Below are positions 27,477 to 37,794 of a stretch of 64,000 nt of DNA, piece after piece. The notes under the pieces are model-generated. The model had not been told where the DNA came from. It worked only from the letters and a program-made list of their open reading frames with translations, and made no database searches. The stretch comes from Candidatus Bathyarchaeota archaeon (lineage in GTDB: Archaea > Thermoproteota > Bathyarchaeia > TCS64). Numbering within the stretch: the stretch's first letter is position 1; each line of letters opens with the position of its first letter. The DNA lies in contig JBDRQD010000066.1 of NCBI GenBank assembly GCA_043826455.1, forward strand, positions 1-64,000. The letters are read 5' to 3'. A program made the translations under genes and the position numbers.

Positions 27477-29093
27477 TTACCTCTTCCTCAGAGTTTTCCC
27501 GGCTAACGCGCTCGTATACCTGCCTTTCTCGATGGCTAGCTTGCCGTTGACGACGACGTACTCTATGCCCTGGGGGAACTGGTGGGGGTCACCGTACGTG
27601 GATTTCTCGGCCACCGTCTCCGGGTCGATGATTGTTATGTCCGCCCACATACCCGGCCTGAGAAGGCCCCTATCAAGTATCCCGAACCTCTGAGCCGGGA
27701 AGCTGGTCATCTTTCGGATGGCGTCCTCCAGTCTGAGCGTCTTCTCCTCGCGGACGTATCTTCCAAGTATCTTGGGGTACGTGCCGTAGTGTCTCGGGTG
27801 GGGCTTCCCTTTGCAGAAGGGGCCCTCTACGGTGCAGCAGCCTGCGTCGGTGCCCACCATGTGGAGGGGGCTCTGCATGATCCTCTTCACGTCGTCCTCG
27901 TCCCCGTAGAAGATCACCATCCCTGCGTTTCCTTCCTCCTCCAGCAGAAGCTGATAGAGCGCGGTGAACTCGTCGGGCGCCTTCCGGTGCTTCTTCACCT
28001 CCACCATGTTCATCCCCTCCACCGGCTTGTTGGCGTCCGTCTTCACAGAGGTGACGTATACGTTCTCCCATCCCAGCTCCCCGGCGAAGTTCTCCCACCC
28101 TGGGATTCCTTTCTCTATCTCACGCCTCATTCTCTCACGGAGATCAGGGTTCCTGAGCCGGTCAAGGGCTGCCTCGTTGCCGCCGTCGTGGGCCCATGGT
28201 GGCAGCAGGGTCATGAGGCTCGTTGACCCCGCCTTGTAGGGGTACTGGTCAACTGTTATGTCCACTCCTCGTCCTCTTGCTTCCTCGAACATCCTGAGGC
28301 TCTCCACGCTGTGCCCCCATATGGTCCTGCTGGCTATTTTGTGGTGGCTTATCTGCACGGGTATGCCCGCTTTCTCTCCTATCTCCAAGGCCTCCCTGAG
28401 GGCGTTCATGAGGGTCCGGCCCTCACCCCTTATGTGGCTGTCATAGACGCCGCCGTATCTCGCCGCTACCTTGGCTAGTTCAATGATCTCCGGTGTCTTA
28501 GCGTAGATGCCGGGAGGGTATATCAGGCCGGTGCTGAGACCGTATGCGCCTGCCTCCATGGCCTCGGCGGTCAACTCTTTCATGGTCTCCAGCTCTCCTG
28601 GCGTGGGGTCCCTTGCCTCGAAGCCCATCCCCGCGGATCTGATGGCTCCGTGCCCCACTAGGTGGGCGACGTTCGCCCCCAGGCCTTTCTTCTCCTCTTC
28701 CTTCAGGTAATCGTCGAAGGTGCTCCAGGTAAGCTCCAGAGTGTAGCCCTCAGGCAGCCAGGCGTCCACCTGTCTCTGGGCCTGGGCCCTGCTCTTGTCG
28801 CTGAGGGGCGCCGGGCTTGAGCCGCACTGGCCCGCGACCACGGTGGTGATACCCTGGTGGATCACGTTCTCCATCTGCCTGTAAACCAGGGAGTTATGGT
28901 CCCCGTGGCTGTGGGCGTCGATGAAGCCTGGGCAGACAGCCAGGCCGTCCGCGTCGACGGTCTTCCTCGCCTCGGCCTCTATACTTCTATTGATCTCAAT
29001 GATCTTTCCTCTTCTGATGGCCACGTCACCCATGTACCACGGGTTTCCGGCTCCGTCTATGATCTTCCCTTTCCTGATCAACAAGTCGAGCAT
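27477..29093 (-). CDS. N-acyl-D-amino-acid deacylase family amidohydrolase
   Basis: PGFIDAHSH, GQCG, STGLIYPP, SHIRGE, PHPRHYGT. Confidence 0.92.
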   Translation of the reverse strand: MLDLLIRKGKIIDGAGNPWYMGDVAIRRGKIIEINRSIEAEARKTVDADGLAVCPGFIDAHSHGDHNSLVYRQMENVIHQGITTVVAGQCGSSPAPLSDKSRAQAQRQVDAWLPEGYTLELTWSTFDDYLKEEEKKGLGANVAHLVGHGAIRSAGMGFEARDPTPGELETMKELTAEAMEAGAYGLSTGLIYPPGIYAKTPEIIELAKVAARYGGVYDSHIRGEGRTLMNALREALEIGEKAGIPVQISHHKIASRTIWGHSVESLRMFEEARGRGVDITVDQYPYKAGSTSLMTLLPPWAHDGGNEAALDRLRNPDLRERMRREIEKGIPGWENFAGELGWENVYVTSVKTDANKPVEGMNMVEVKKHRKAPDEFTALYQLLLEEEGNAGMVIFYGDEDDVKRIMQSPLHMVGTDAGCCTVEGPFCKGKPHPRHYGTYPKILGRYVREEKTLRLEDAIRKMTSFPAQRFGILDRGLLRPGMWADITIIDPETVAEKSTYGDPHQFPQGIEYVVVNGKLAIEKGRYTSALAGKTLRKR

Positions 29094-29151
29094 GTAGAAT
29101 GTGCCTCAGAGAATACTGAAGCAGGGATGTTATAATGTTTCTGAGGGGACG

Positions 29152-29961
29152 CTACTCGCTTCTTTCCCATCTGTGCTTGATGTTTATGCACTTGTTGGTG
29201 GCGGCCTGCACGGCGTTCATCAGGGCGGTCCTCAGCTTCCCGTCCTCGATCTCGTATATCCCCTCGATGGTGGTGCCGCCGGGGGTGGTCACCATCTCCT
29301 CGATCTCGGAGGGGGCTAGAACCCCCTCCACTACCAGTTTGGCTGTGCCCAATACAGACTGGGCCGCGGCCAGTTTAGAGAGTTCCCGAGGGAGGCCCAC
29401 CCTGAGGCCCGCATAGGTCAAGGCGTCGAGGACCACAGCGATGTATGCTGGACCGCTGCCGCTGAGGCCTGTCACGGCGTCCATGTAGCCCTCCTCGATC
29501 TCCATGCACGTGCCCATCGTCCCCAGGAGTTTCTCCACCAATGCCTTATCCTGAAGCGAGGTGGTTGAGCCCATGCTGTAGGCAGTGAAGCTCTCACCCA
29601 CCATGGCGGCTACGTTGGGCATGGTTCGGACGTACCTGGCCTCAGGCACGGTGGCCTCGAAGAACTCCAGGGGGATGATGGCGGCTGTTGATATGACTAG
29701 TTTTTCCTGGATCTCGTCTTTGATCTCTAGGAGAACCTTCTCGATGTCGCCGGGCTTGACGCATATGAACACAACTTCAGCTTCTCTGCACGCGGCGGGG
29801 TTGTTGTCAGATATGTTGATCCCCAGATCCGCGAGAGGTATGAGAGCCTCTATGTTCCTCCTCGTTGCGTATACTCTCTCAACCATACCAGACTTGACAA
29901 GACACTTAGCTATGGCGCCGCCTATGACGCCGGCGCCGATGACGGCCACGCCTCTAACCAT
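29152..29961 (-). CDS. proC: Pyrroline-5-carboxylate reductase
   Basis: GAGVIG, RTMPN, TGLSGSGPAY, VTTPGGTT. Confidence 0.96.
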   Translation of the reverse strand: MVRGVAVIGAGVIGGAIAKCLVKSGMVERVYATRRNIEALIPLADLGINISDNNPAACREAEVVFICVKPGDIEKVLLEIKDEIQEKLVISTAAIIPLEFFEATVPEARYVRTMPNVAAMVGESFTAYSMGSTTSLQDKALVEKLLGTMGTCMEIEEGYMDAVTGLSGSGPAYIAVVLDALTYAGLRVGLPRELSKLAAAQSVLGTAKLVVEGVLAPSEIEEMVTTPGGTTIEGIYEIEDGKLRTALMNAVQAATNKCINIKHRWERSE

Positions 29962-30108
29962 GTTTTCATTCGCCTAACCCTTTAAAAACCCGTTAATGTA
30001 ATTAAACATTTCACATCGAAGTAAAATATTGTTCAGCTTCAACTAACTTTTTAACACGTTTTAAGAGCCAGTTGGAAAGCTTTTATCAGAGATACCAGCC
30101 AAATTGGA

Positions 30109-31308
30109 ATGAGTAGAATGCCCGATCTCGACGTCAACGCCTTCATCGAAAACCAAGTTAAAGCGGTGAAGGACAGCCTGGGCGACGAGAAGGCCCTTGT
30201 GGCGGTCTCAGGAGGAGTAGACAGCGCCGTATCAGCCATCATAACGTACAGGGCCATCGGCGATAACCTGGTCTGCGTCTTCATAGACGACAACTTCATG
30301 CGCCTCGGGGAGGGGGAGCAGGTTAAAGCCATGTTCGTTAGGGACCCTGTGAACCTGCCCGTGAGGGTAGTCAATGAGAGGCAGAGGTTTATGAAGGCTC
30401 TGGAGGGCCTCTCGGACGCGGAGGAAAAGAGAAAAGCCTTCAGGAGAACCTTCTACGAGACCCTCAGAGACATAGCTAAGGAGGAGGGGCTTCGATACCT
30501 GGTCCAAGGCACGATCAAGGCTGACATCGATGAGACGGCTGCGGGCATCAAGACCCAGCACAACATCCTTGAGCAGATCGGGATTAACCCCGTTGAAAGG
30601 TACGGGTTCCAGGTCATTGAGCCCGTGAAGAGCCTCTACAAGTACCAGGTGAGGGAGGTAGCCAGGGCCTTAGGAGCGCCGCCGGAGATGGCTGAGAGGC
30701 AGCCCTTCCCGGGCCCTGGGCTGAGCATCAGGGTCGTCGGGGAGATAACGCCTGAGAAGCTGGAGGAGCTGAAGAAGGCTACGTTCATTGTGGAGCAGGC
30801 CTTTGAGCCCCACAACCCCAGCCAGTTCTTCGCGGCGATATTCAGCGGCCACTCTCCGAAGGACCTCAAAGTGCTGAAGAGGGACGCCGCCGTGATAACA
30901 GGGCTTGACCCGACCCAGATAAGGGCGGGGTTCCTGAACGAGAAGGCCACGGGAATGATCGACGGTAAGAGGTCTTACGGCTCCGTGATGACCCTCGCCT
31001 TCAGGGATAACAGCGACAACACCCTTGAGCCCAGCTATGATGCCTTGGCGAAAATATTGACCTACCTCAAGGACAACTACCCTGAGGCTACCAGGCTCCT
31101 ATACCTGGTGGATGACAAGAAGGGCTCCGGCTACGCCATGGCCACGAGGGCCGTGAAGACAAAAGACTTCCTCACAGCCGAGCTCATGCGGCTGCCCTGG
31201 GCCACCCTGAGGGAGGCGGCAGCCAAGATACTTGACTCCTGTGTGGGGGTGACGAAGGTGTACTATGATGTGACGCCTAAGCCACCCGCCACGGTGGAGT
31301 ACGAGTAA
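30109..31308 (+). CDS. guaAB: GMP synthase ATP-pyrophosphatase subunit B
   Basis: SGGVDS, QGTI, IKTQHN, RQPFPGPGL, YDVTPKPPATVEYE. Confidence 0.94.
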   Translation: MSRMPDLDVNAFIENQVKAVKDSLGDEKALVAVSGGVDSAVSAIITYRAIGDNLVCVFIDDNFMRLGEGEQVKAMFVRDPVNLPVRVVNERQRFMKALEGLSDAEEKRKAFRRTFYETLRDIAKEEGLRYLVQGTIKADIDETAAGIKTQHNILEQIGINPVERYGFQVIEPVKSLYKYQVREVARALGAPPEMAERQPFPGPGLSIRVVGEITPEKLEELKKATFIVEQAFEPHNPSQFFAAIFSGHSPKDLKVLKRDAAVITGLDPTQIRAGFLNEKATGMIDGKRSYGSVMTLAFRDNSDNTLEPSYDALAKILTYLKDNYPEATRLLYLVDDKKGSGYAMATRAVKTKDFLTAELMRLPWATLREAAAKILDSCVGVTKVYYDVTPKPPATVEYE

Positions 31309-31317
31309 AAAGAGGGT

Positions 31318-32085
31318 TTATTTTTTGATGCCCAGCTCCTTGAACTGGGCCTCAACGCCTTTCCTCATGTAGACCAGGTCGTTGCCCAGGGTCACCATGT
31401 TGTAACCCTTGTCCATCCTGGCCTTTATTGTGCTGCCTGAGGCCTCGTGGACTCCAGTGGCGAGCCCCGCCGCCTTGGTGGCGTCGTAGACCCTGTCAAT
31501 TGCCTTCTGCACATCAGGGTGACTCATGTTGCCCAGGTGGCCGTGGCTGGCTGAGAGGTCCGCTGGCCCTATGTAGGTTACGTCCACGCCCTCGACGCTG
31601 CAGATGTCCTCGATGTTCTTCACGGCCTCCTTGGTCTCTATCTGGACCACGACGAGGATCTCCTTGTCGGCTGTCTTCAGGTAGTCGGGGTCGAACATGG
31701 CTGCCCGCCTCGGGCCGCAGCCTCTGAGGCCCTCCGGGGCGTACCTGGTGGCCTTGACGGCCATCTCTGCCTCCTCCTTGTTGTTCACCCAGGGGACCAG
31801 GACTCCGTGGGCACCGATGTCCAGGGCTCTCTTAATTTGCACGAGGTCGTTCCACCAGACCCTGACTATGGGGGTGGTCTTGGTTCCCGGCCTCATGGCC
31901 TGCATGAGAGTCTGGGCCGTGAGCATGTCCAGGGGCGCGTGCTCAGTGTCGATGACGAAGTAGTCGAAGCCCATGTGGCTCATCATCTCTGAGGCCATGG
32001 GGCTTTCCACTGTTATCCATGTCCCGTAGACCTGTTCACCGGCTTTGAGTCTTCTCTTTAGCTCATTCTTCATCCTTGGGTTCAC
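31318..32085 (-). CDS. HpcH/HpaI class II aldolase
   Basis: IDTEH, IKRALDIGA, QIET, IGPADLS. Confidence 0.92.
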   Translation of the reverse strand: MNPRMKNELKRRLKAGEQVYGTWITVESPMASEMMSHMGFDYFVIDTEHAPLDMLTAQTLMQAMRPGTKTTPIVRVWWNDLVQIKRALDIGAHGVLVPWVNNKEEAEMAVKATRYAPEGLRGCGPRRAAMFDPDYLKTADKEILVVVQIETKEAVKNIEDICSVEGVDVTYIGPADLSASHGHLGNMSHPDVQKAIDRVYDATKAAGLATGVHEASGSTIKARMDKGYNMVTLGNDLVYMRKGVEAQFKELGIKK

Positions 32086-32138
32086 CTATCTTGGTTCACT
32101 TAAGACGGGTGAAGCCCGTATATAGGATTTCTCAGGGG

Positions 32139-32399
32139 TCACCTGATCTTATCGACCATGTCGATTATACCCTGGACCCAGTGCAGGTAGCTGTTGACGT
32201 TGGCTCTCAGCGCCGTGGTGTCGCTGGCTGAGACGCGGATGGTGACACTGTTGAAGCCTTTTTCGATGACGGTACTCGATCTGTCCGATGAAGGCGTGTC
32301 TGCTTCAGGCCTCAGAGCCCTAATTATTACGTCGGATGTTTCCTCGGCTATGTGAATAATGATCTCAGCATCAGCTCGTTCAACGTCTAGGGTTGACAT
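32139..32399 (-). CDS. pcc1: KEOPS complex subunit Pcc1
   Basis: ALRPE...ASDTTALRANVNSYL; position in exosome superoperon. Confidence 0.88.
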   Translation of the reverse strand: MSTLDVERADAEIIIHIAEETSDVIIRALRPEADTPSSDRSSTVIEKGFNSVTIRVSASDTTALRANVNSYLHWVQGIIDMVDKIR

Positions 32400-32430
32400 T
32401 GTTAATGTAAAAAGATGGGGTTAAAGGAAA

Positions 32431-32682
32431 TTAGTTTTTAACTCGGATGCGTTGAGATGCCTGGCCAAGCTTCGTCGACGGCGTGTAGGCACCGCCCGCG
32501 AACCTGTACCCGCATTTTCGGCAGTTCCAGAGGCCGACGCTCACGCGCTTCACCGAGGGGCTGGCGCAGCTTGGGCACTTGTGGGTGGCATTCACTGTCT
32601 GCATTATCCTCATGTAGCGTTTGCGGAGAGTTGCTCCGCCCCTGGTGCCTAGCCCTATGTCTTTCCTCTTTTTCCTAGCCAT
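32431..32682 (-). CDS. rpl37ae: 50S ribosomal protein L37Ae (eL43)
   Basis: GATLRK, CPSC, GLWNCRKC, AGGAY. Confidence 0.95.
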   Translation of the reverse strand: MARKKRKDIGLGTRGGATLRKRYMRIMQTVNATHKCPSCASPSVKRVSVGLWNCRKCGYRFAGGAYTPSTKLGQASQRIRVKN

Positions 32683-33481
32683 TAGTTACCGCCATTACCT
32701 TAGCCCTTATCTCAGCCGCCTTCTCTGACGCGATATTTATGCATTTCTTTATTTCGTCCACCGAGAAGCCTATGGCGCCCATCTTCTGCATGGCGTTGAC
32801 GTTGCCGTTCTCATCCAGTGTGACGGTTATGCGTCCGTCCATGACCTCCTCCTCGTCCACTGTGGCGTCGACGATGAACTCGTCACCGATCTTGACCACC
32901 GTGGCCGCGATGGGGTGAGCCCTGAGCTTCAGCTTCTTCTTCTTGTCTTTCTGCGTGATCTCGCCCTTGCTCACCTTGAAGTCAGGTATCTCGGCTGTGC
33001 TGAGAGCCGCAAGCGCTCCAGCGCTGCACGCGTCTATGAGGTTGCCGTCGAAGTTCAGGATGTACAGGTCCACGAAGACCATCTGCACCTTCTCCCCTGA
33101 GACTAGGCCCAGCTCATCCATGTTGAGGACCTCGGCCGCCCTGAGGCCCCTGTCCACGACGCGGGCCAGCTCTATGGCCTCGTTCGGCGGTGGGCCAGGC
33201 TCCCAGGTGGGGTGGGCTATGGGGGTGAATTCAGCGTTCACCATCATTACGCCCTCGTCGGGGGAGTCCTCGAAGGGTGTGCCTATTCCGGCTTTCACGC
33301 CCACCACGACGTGGGTCTTCCCGAGCCTGACCTCGGCTGAGCCCTCGGATTTCTCCAGGAACCCTGTCTTAATCTGCCAGTCCCTGTACTGGAGGAGGTC
33401 GCGTCCATCCATCCGTTTGCCTGTCTTGATGACTTCCTCGATCTTCTTTCGCTTCAGCTTTGACACTATGTTGTTGCTCAT
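32675..33481 (-). CDS. rrp42: Exosome complex component Rrp42
   Basis: [28 protein letters not shown]. Confidence 0.96.
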   Translation of the reverse strand: MSNNIVSKLKRKKIEEVIKTGKRMDGRDLLQYRDWQIKTGFLEKSEGSAEVRLGKTHVVVGVKAGIGTPFEDSPDEGVMMVNAEFTPIAHPTWEPGPPPNEAIELARVVDRGLRAAEVLNMDELGLVSGEKVQMVFVDLYILNFDGNLIDACSAGALAALSTAEIPDFKVSKGEITQKDKKKKLKLRAHPIAATVVKIGDEFIVDATVDEEEVMDGRITVTLDENGNVNAMQKMGAIGFSVDEIKKCINIASEKAAEIRAKVMAVTNG

Positions 33482-34296
33482 TGCTCTTCCTCCTCAGCGG
33501 GCTTGTCGTCCTCAGTCGGCTCCTCGGAACTCTCCGGCTGTTCTTCAGGTAGGTCCTCGGCAGCGGCTGCCTCTCCCTGAACCATTCCGTACTTCTTCTT
33601 CAGGGTCTCTTTCTGGATCTCGTAGATCTTCTTGCAGCCTTCCACGGCCATCTTGACGGCTTCCTCGGTCTCCTCCTGGGTCATTATACCCTCCATCTGG
33701 AGGAGCGTGACCTTATCGAACTTGGGCATGTACGCTACGGGCATATCTGACTGGCCCTTCTTGTCCTCGTAGTCTCCCAGGTCGATTATGAGTTTGTCCT
33801 CGTACTTACCCACCGCGACGGATGCCACGAGGTCCTTCATGGGTATGCCCGCGTCCGCGAGGGCCACGGCGGCTGCGTTGATGCTGGCGCACCTTGTGCC
33901 TCCGTCGGCCTGTATTATCTCAACGAAGACGTCTATCACGCTCCGGGGGTACCTCTCAAGGAACAGGGCCGGCTCTAGGGCGTCCCTCATGACCATGCTG
34001 ATCTCCATGTCTCTCCTGGAGGGGGCTGGGGACCTTCTCGGGTCCACGCTGAAGGGCGCCATGTGGTACCGGCACCTGAGGACACCCTGGTTGGGCTTGC
34101 TCAGCCTCTTGGGGTGCATCTCCCGGGGGCCGTACACTCCGGCCATGATCTTGTTTCGGCCCATCTCTATGTAGGCGGAGCCGTCTGCGTTGGGCAGGAC
34201 GCCGCTCTCGATGTGGATGGGTCTAAGCTCGTCCGGCTTTCTACCGTCTACTCTCTCCCATTTCTTGCTGGTTTTCTTTTTTCTAGTTTTACTCAT
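33478..34296 (-). CDS. rrp41: Exosome complex exonuclease Rrp41 with acidic C-tail
   Basis: [23 protein letters not shown]. Confidence 0.97.
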   Translation of the reverse strand: MSKTRKKKTSKKWERVDGRKPDELRPIHIESGVLPNADGSAYIEMGRNKIMAGVYGPREMHPKRLSKPNQGVLRCRYHMAPFSVDPRRSPAPSRRDMEISMVMRDALEPALFLERYPRSVIDVFVEIIQADGGTRCASINAAAVALADAGIPMKDLVASVAVGKYEDKLIIDLGDYEDKKGQSDMPVAYMPKFDKVTLLQMEGIMTQEETEEAVKMAVEGCKKIYEIQKETLKKKYGMVQGEAAAAEDLPEEQPESSEEPTEDDKPAEEEEQ

Positions 34297-34985
34297 TTCT
34301 TTTCCTCCTTGATTGTTTTCAAATACTCTTGGATCCTGTTGGTGAGGCCTGAGGTGTGTGCCTCGGCCTCGATCTTGCGGACTACTTTCTCAACTATCTC
34401 CTCGTCAGTCCGGGTGCGGCCGTTTATCAGTATCCTTCCGTTCTGGCCTATGGATACGTTGCACCGGGTCTCCCGGAGGATCATGTTGATCATGCTCCCC
34501 TTCTTACCGATTAGCCTCGGTATCTTGGAGGGGGTTATTCTGATGATGAAGCCTTCGTTGACTCTGCCCAAGTCTCTTCCGAGTATAGACAGTATGGGGG
34601 TCCTGTTCCGGTCTAGGTCGACTATCTTGGCGACGATGAGGTCACCCACGTCCAGTATCCTGGTCATGTCCAGGTTGGTCCTGAAGGGCTTGTCGATGGC
34701 CTCGTTCACCGTGAGTATGGCGTCCATGGGGCCGTCAATGTTGACGAGCCACTGGCCCAGCTCTATGTCGGTGACGGTGCCCACCACAAGGTCGCCTACT
34801 AGGGGGTTGTACCCTCCCTCCAGGGCTATAACTGACACCCTGTCCTTGCTGTAGTTGACCAGGCCCACCTTGGTGGCGTACACGTTGCCGCCGTCCCTGT
34901 AGGTGTTGTCCCCTGTCCTGATCCTGCCCTCGTATATGAGGTCGCCTGGGACCACTATGCTTCTTTCCTCTAGTGTAGTGCTCAC
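34293..34985 (-). CDS. rrp4: Exosome RNA-binding protein Rrp4
   Basis: VVPGD, S1 and KH domains ([10 protein letters not shown]), AHTSGLT; GTG start at 34985. Confidence 0.95.
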   Translation of the reverse strand: MSTTLEERSIVVPGDLIYEGRIRTGDNTYRDGGNVYATKVGLVNYSKDRVSVIALEGGYNPLVGDLVVGTVTDIELGQWLVNIDGPMDAILTVNEAIDKPFRTNLDMTRILDVGDLIVAKIVDLDRNRTPILSILGRDLGRVNEGFIIRITPSKIPRLIGKKGSMINMILRETRCNVSIGQNGRILINGRTRTDEEIVEKVVRKIEAEAHTSGLTNRIQEYLKTIKEEKK

Positions 34986-34999
34986 TCTTCTTCTCTTCC

Positions 35000-35689
35000 C
35001 TATTTGACTATTTTCGACTGGACGTTTCCCTGAGTCGCCTTGCCCAGGGCCTCCAGCATCTCGACTTGCATGGCGGCGGGTATCTCTATGACGGCTATCC
35101 ATGAGCCGTCGCTCTGCCACTCGTCCCGTTTTATCTCCCCGTAGTCCTTGGCCACGCCGTAGCTCTTCCCTGTGTACTCTGCGGGGATCTTTATGGCTAT
35201 CTGGACGTTCTCGCTGCTCATGGGCAGCACCCTCCTGAGGGCGTCCACCACGTCCTTCACCTGCTCCTCGGCATCCTTGAAGGGGTCTATCTGTATCCTG
35301 ATGTCCTGGAGGGCGTTCTCTATCCTGACGGCTGGGTGGGGGAGCTTGGTCTTGGGGTCAACGTAGGTCCTGCTTATTATGTGGATGATCTGCCTGAGCT
35401 TCTGGTCCAGCATCTCATTCCTCTGGGCCGCCGTTAGCTGGAAGACGCCCTTCTCGAACATTATCTTGGCGACTTCTATTGGGTCGCTCGTTTCGAAGGT
35501 CTCCTCAAGTTTGGTAGCTGAGGCCTTCTCACCCTTGTTGGAGTCCGTGAACACTGTGTCTATTATCAGGACGTTGGAGATATCGTCGAGCTCGCCTCGC
35601 TTGTAGGCGAGGCCCTTGTCGGGGTCCACGAGTATCTCGAACTTTTCTCCGCCATGCTGGTAGCGCACGAGGGTGTATTTGGTGCTCAA
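35000..35689 (-). CDS. sbdS: Ribosome maturation factor SBDS/Sdo1
   Basis: FEILVDP, QLTAAQR, DPKTKLPHP..RIE; TTG start at 35689. Confidence 0.95.
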   Translation of the reverse strand: MSTKYTLVRYQHGGEKFEILVDPDKGLAYKRGELDDISNVLIIDTVFTDSNKGEKASATKLEETFETSDPIEVAKIMFEKGVFQLTAAQRNEMLDQKLRQIIHIISRTYVDPKTKLPHPAVRIENALQDIRIQIDPFKDAEEQVKDVVDALRRVLPMSSENVQIAIKIPAEYTGKSYGVAKDYGEIKRDEWQSDGSWIAVIEIPAAMQVEMLEALGKATQGNVQSKIVK

Positions 35690-35702
35690 GCCTGAGCCTC
35701 CT

Positions 35703-36407
35703 TCACCCCAGGAGCTGCCCCACTTCTTCTTCGCTGAGCCTTCGGAAAGCCAGGGTGTCGGAGTATATGGCCGCCACTTTGACGTTCTTGGCGGTGACCT
35801 CCATGTCTGAGGCAACCTTGACGGCGTCCACGGCCAGCTTCGCGGCCTCGTCCAGGCTCATGCCATCGACGTACTTGTCCTCCAGGAGCTTGTTTGCTTC
35901 CTCGCTCTTCCGGCCAACGGCTGTGGCCTTGAAGCCTCTGTAGGCTCCGCTGGGGTCCGTTGTGAGTACCTTGCTGCCTGTGGCGTCGACTCCGGCTAGG
36001 ATCATGCTTACCCCGAAGGGGCGTACGCCGGCGTGCTGGGTGTACACCTGGGCTAGGTCTCCCAGTCTCCTGGCGAGGACCTCTATGTCCAGGGGCTCGT
36101 CGTAGAGGAGCTTGTTGCTCTGGCAGTAGACTCTGGCCTGCTCTATGAGTACGCGGGCGTCGCTGCTGAGGCCGGCTATGGCTGAGGCCACGTGGTCGTC
36201 GAGCTGGTATATTTTTCTGAAGTACTCTGGGTCCTCCAGGTCACTCTCAGGGGTCTCGTTGGCCGCTATGATGGCTCCTTGTGGGCACGAGACTCCTACT
36301 ATGGGGGCTCCCCTTTTCACCAGCTCGAGGGCGTACTCTACCTGATATAGTCTTCCTTCCGGCGAAAAAATGGTTATGGCCCTGTCGTAGGCCCTAGGCA
36401 TGAACAA
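35703..36407 (-). CDS. psmA: Proteasome alpha subunit
   Basis: YDRAITIFSPEGRLYQVEYA, RPFGVS, DPSG. Confidence 0.97.
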   Translation of the reverse strand: MFMPRAYDRAITIFSPEGRLYQVEYALELVKRGAPIVGVSCPQGAIIAANETPESDLEDPEYFRKIYQLDDHVASAIAGLSSDARVLIEQARVYCQSNKLLYDEPLDIEVLARRLGDLAQVYTQHAGVRPFGVSMILAGVDATGSKVLTTDPSGAYRGFKATAVGRKSEEANKLLEDKYVDGMSLDEAAKLAVDAVKVASDMEVTAKNVKVAAIYSDTLAFRRLSEEEVGQLLG

Positions 36408-36523
36408 ATCCTTTCAATCCCTCTTGCGCTGCTTTTCTCATACCTGTGTATTTATACTAACTAAAAAAGATACTTGAAGTTCACGTGGCTTATGTGACGC
36501 CTAGGAGCCAATTTTCTTGGTGG

Positions 36524-36560
36524 TGGTGCCCTGGCTGGGGCTTGAACCCGGGATCGCTCG
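36524..36560 (-). repeat. Degenerate direct copy of tRNA-Asp 3' half (att-like)
   Basis: 32/37 identity to 36726-36762. Confidence 0.8.
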
Positions 36561-36725
36561 CTGGACTGGAACATGCCGAGTTGGTGGTTCATGTCTTTTC
36601 CTCGATTCTATGTTTCTCTGTGCGTGTGTGGGGGGGAGAGGAGTGTAGTCGCCGCCGCGGTGGGGGCTTCAACATGTGATTAGAAGGTTCATTGACGTGA
36701 CGAACATTCATGCATATAATTTGAA

Positions 36726-36804
36726 TGGCGCCCTGGCCGGGATTCGAACCCGGGATCGCTCGGGTGACAGCCGAGCATACTGGACCGAACTATACTACCA
36801 GGGC
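36726..36804 (-). tRNA. tRNA-Asp(GTC)
   Basis: GCCCTGG acceptor, CTCGG-CTGTCAC-CCGAG anticodon arm, GGTTCGAATCC, encoded CCA. Confidence 0.97.
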
Positions 36805-36858
36805 AAACGTGAAATGGCTTAACACGGGGATGGATAATAAAGTTTGCGCCTTTGGCGC

Positions 36859-37101
36859 CTACTTGTACTGTTTGGCTATGAGCATCGTGGCTGTGAGGAA
36901 GATGTTGGGGATGCTCCTGAGCTTCTGGATTATGAAGCCGTCCAGGGCCTTCATGTCCTCTGTCTTCACCTTTATTATGGCGTCGTACTCGCCGTATATG
37001 GTGGATATCTCTTCTACCTCCTTGTAGTTTTTGAGCTTGTCGCACACCTCGTCCTCTGCTCCGGACTTGATGTTCATCATTATGTAGGCTTCTATGCTCA
37101 T
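36859..37101 (-). CDS. Stand-alone Lrp/AsnC ligand-binding domain protein
   Basis: AYIMMN...IYGEYDAIIKV...LRSIPNI..T.T. Confidence 0.9.
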   Translation of the reverse strand: MSIEAYIMMNIKSGAEDEVCDKLKNYKEVEEISTIYGEYDAIIKVKTEDMKALDGFIIQKLRSIPNIFLTATMLIAKQYK

Positions 37102-37146
37102 GTTGCCTCACACTCACCTTTCGTCAGCGGGTTATAATTGTTGCTC

Positions 37147-37629
37147 CTAGTCCATGGGGGCCGTCGCGTAGCCCGCCATGATGCGGCCCATGGCTGTCAG
37201 GCTGACGGGGACGCCCTTGTTGTGTTTGGTGCCGGCGTTTATGAGCTCGGCCTCACGTAGTCCTTTGAGGTTCCAGCGTATTGTGGACTCGGGTATGTCG
37301 AGCTCCTGGGACAGCTGCTGGATGAGGACCGTGTACACGGTCTGTTCATCGTAGTGGGTTATGAGCCATCGTAGGATGGTGCGCTGCTTCTCTGTGAGGT
37401 TGGTGCAGGCGGCCGTCATGAGGGCCTGCTCTAGGTGGCTGAGCTGCCTCATGTGGCGTCTGACTGACTGTTCTAGGGCGTCGAGTCGCCTGGTTATATA
37501 GCTGTACTCGGTGCTGGGGTTGGTGTTGCCGATCCTAGTGACCTCTCGTTTGAGGTTTTTTATGTTTTGTATTATTTCTCTAGGGTCGGATGTCGGTTTG
37601 ACCTGTTTAGGCCTGGAGGAAATATTCAC
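37147..37629 (-). CDS. Coiled-coil plus winged-helix putative regulator
   Basis: LTEKQRTIL...LDIPESTIRWNLKGLREAELI...LTAMG. Confidence 0.78.
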   Translation of the reverse strand: MNISSRPKQVKPTSDPREIIQNIKNLKREVTRIGNTNPSTEYSYITRRLDALEQSVRRHMRQLSHLEQALMTAACTNLTEKQRTILRWLITHYDEQTVYTVLIQQLSQELDIPESTIRWNLKGLREAELINAGTKHNKGVPVSLTAMGRIMAGYATAPMD

Positions 37630-37706
37630 CTGTCATGTTTTTCACTCCGACAGGGATTCATACGATTGCCTGGGTTTAAAAGGGTTTCCTCTCAGGAGTT
37701 TTCTAC

Positions 37707-37792
37707 GTTTGTTACAGGTGGCTTGTAATTCTGTGTTTTGGGCGTTGATGACGGTGGCTGGGTAGAATGTGATATTTTTCTGGGTTGCTTTT
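37707..37792. repeat. Single copy of dispersed intergenic repeat
   Basis: GTTTGTTACAGGTGGCTTGTAATT...GTTGATG...AGAATGTGATATTTTTCTGGGTTGCTTTT matches 14391-14476. Confidence 0.78.
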
Positions 37793-37794
37793 GG

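Noticed and set aside
34986..35815. Apparent long overlaps among rrp4, sbdS and psmA
   Set aside because: Removed by using GTG 34985 and TTG 35689 starts
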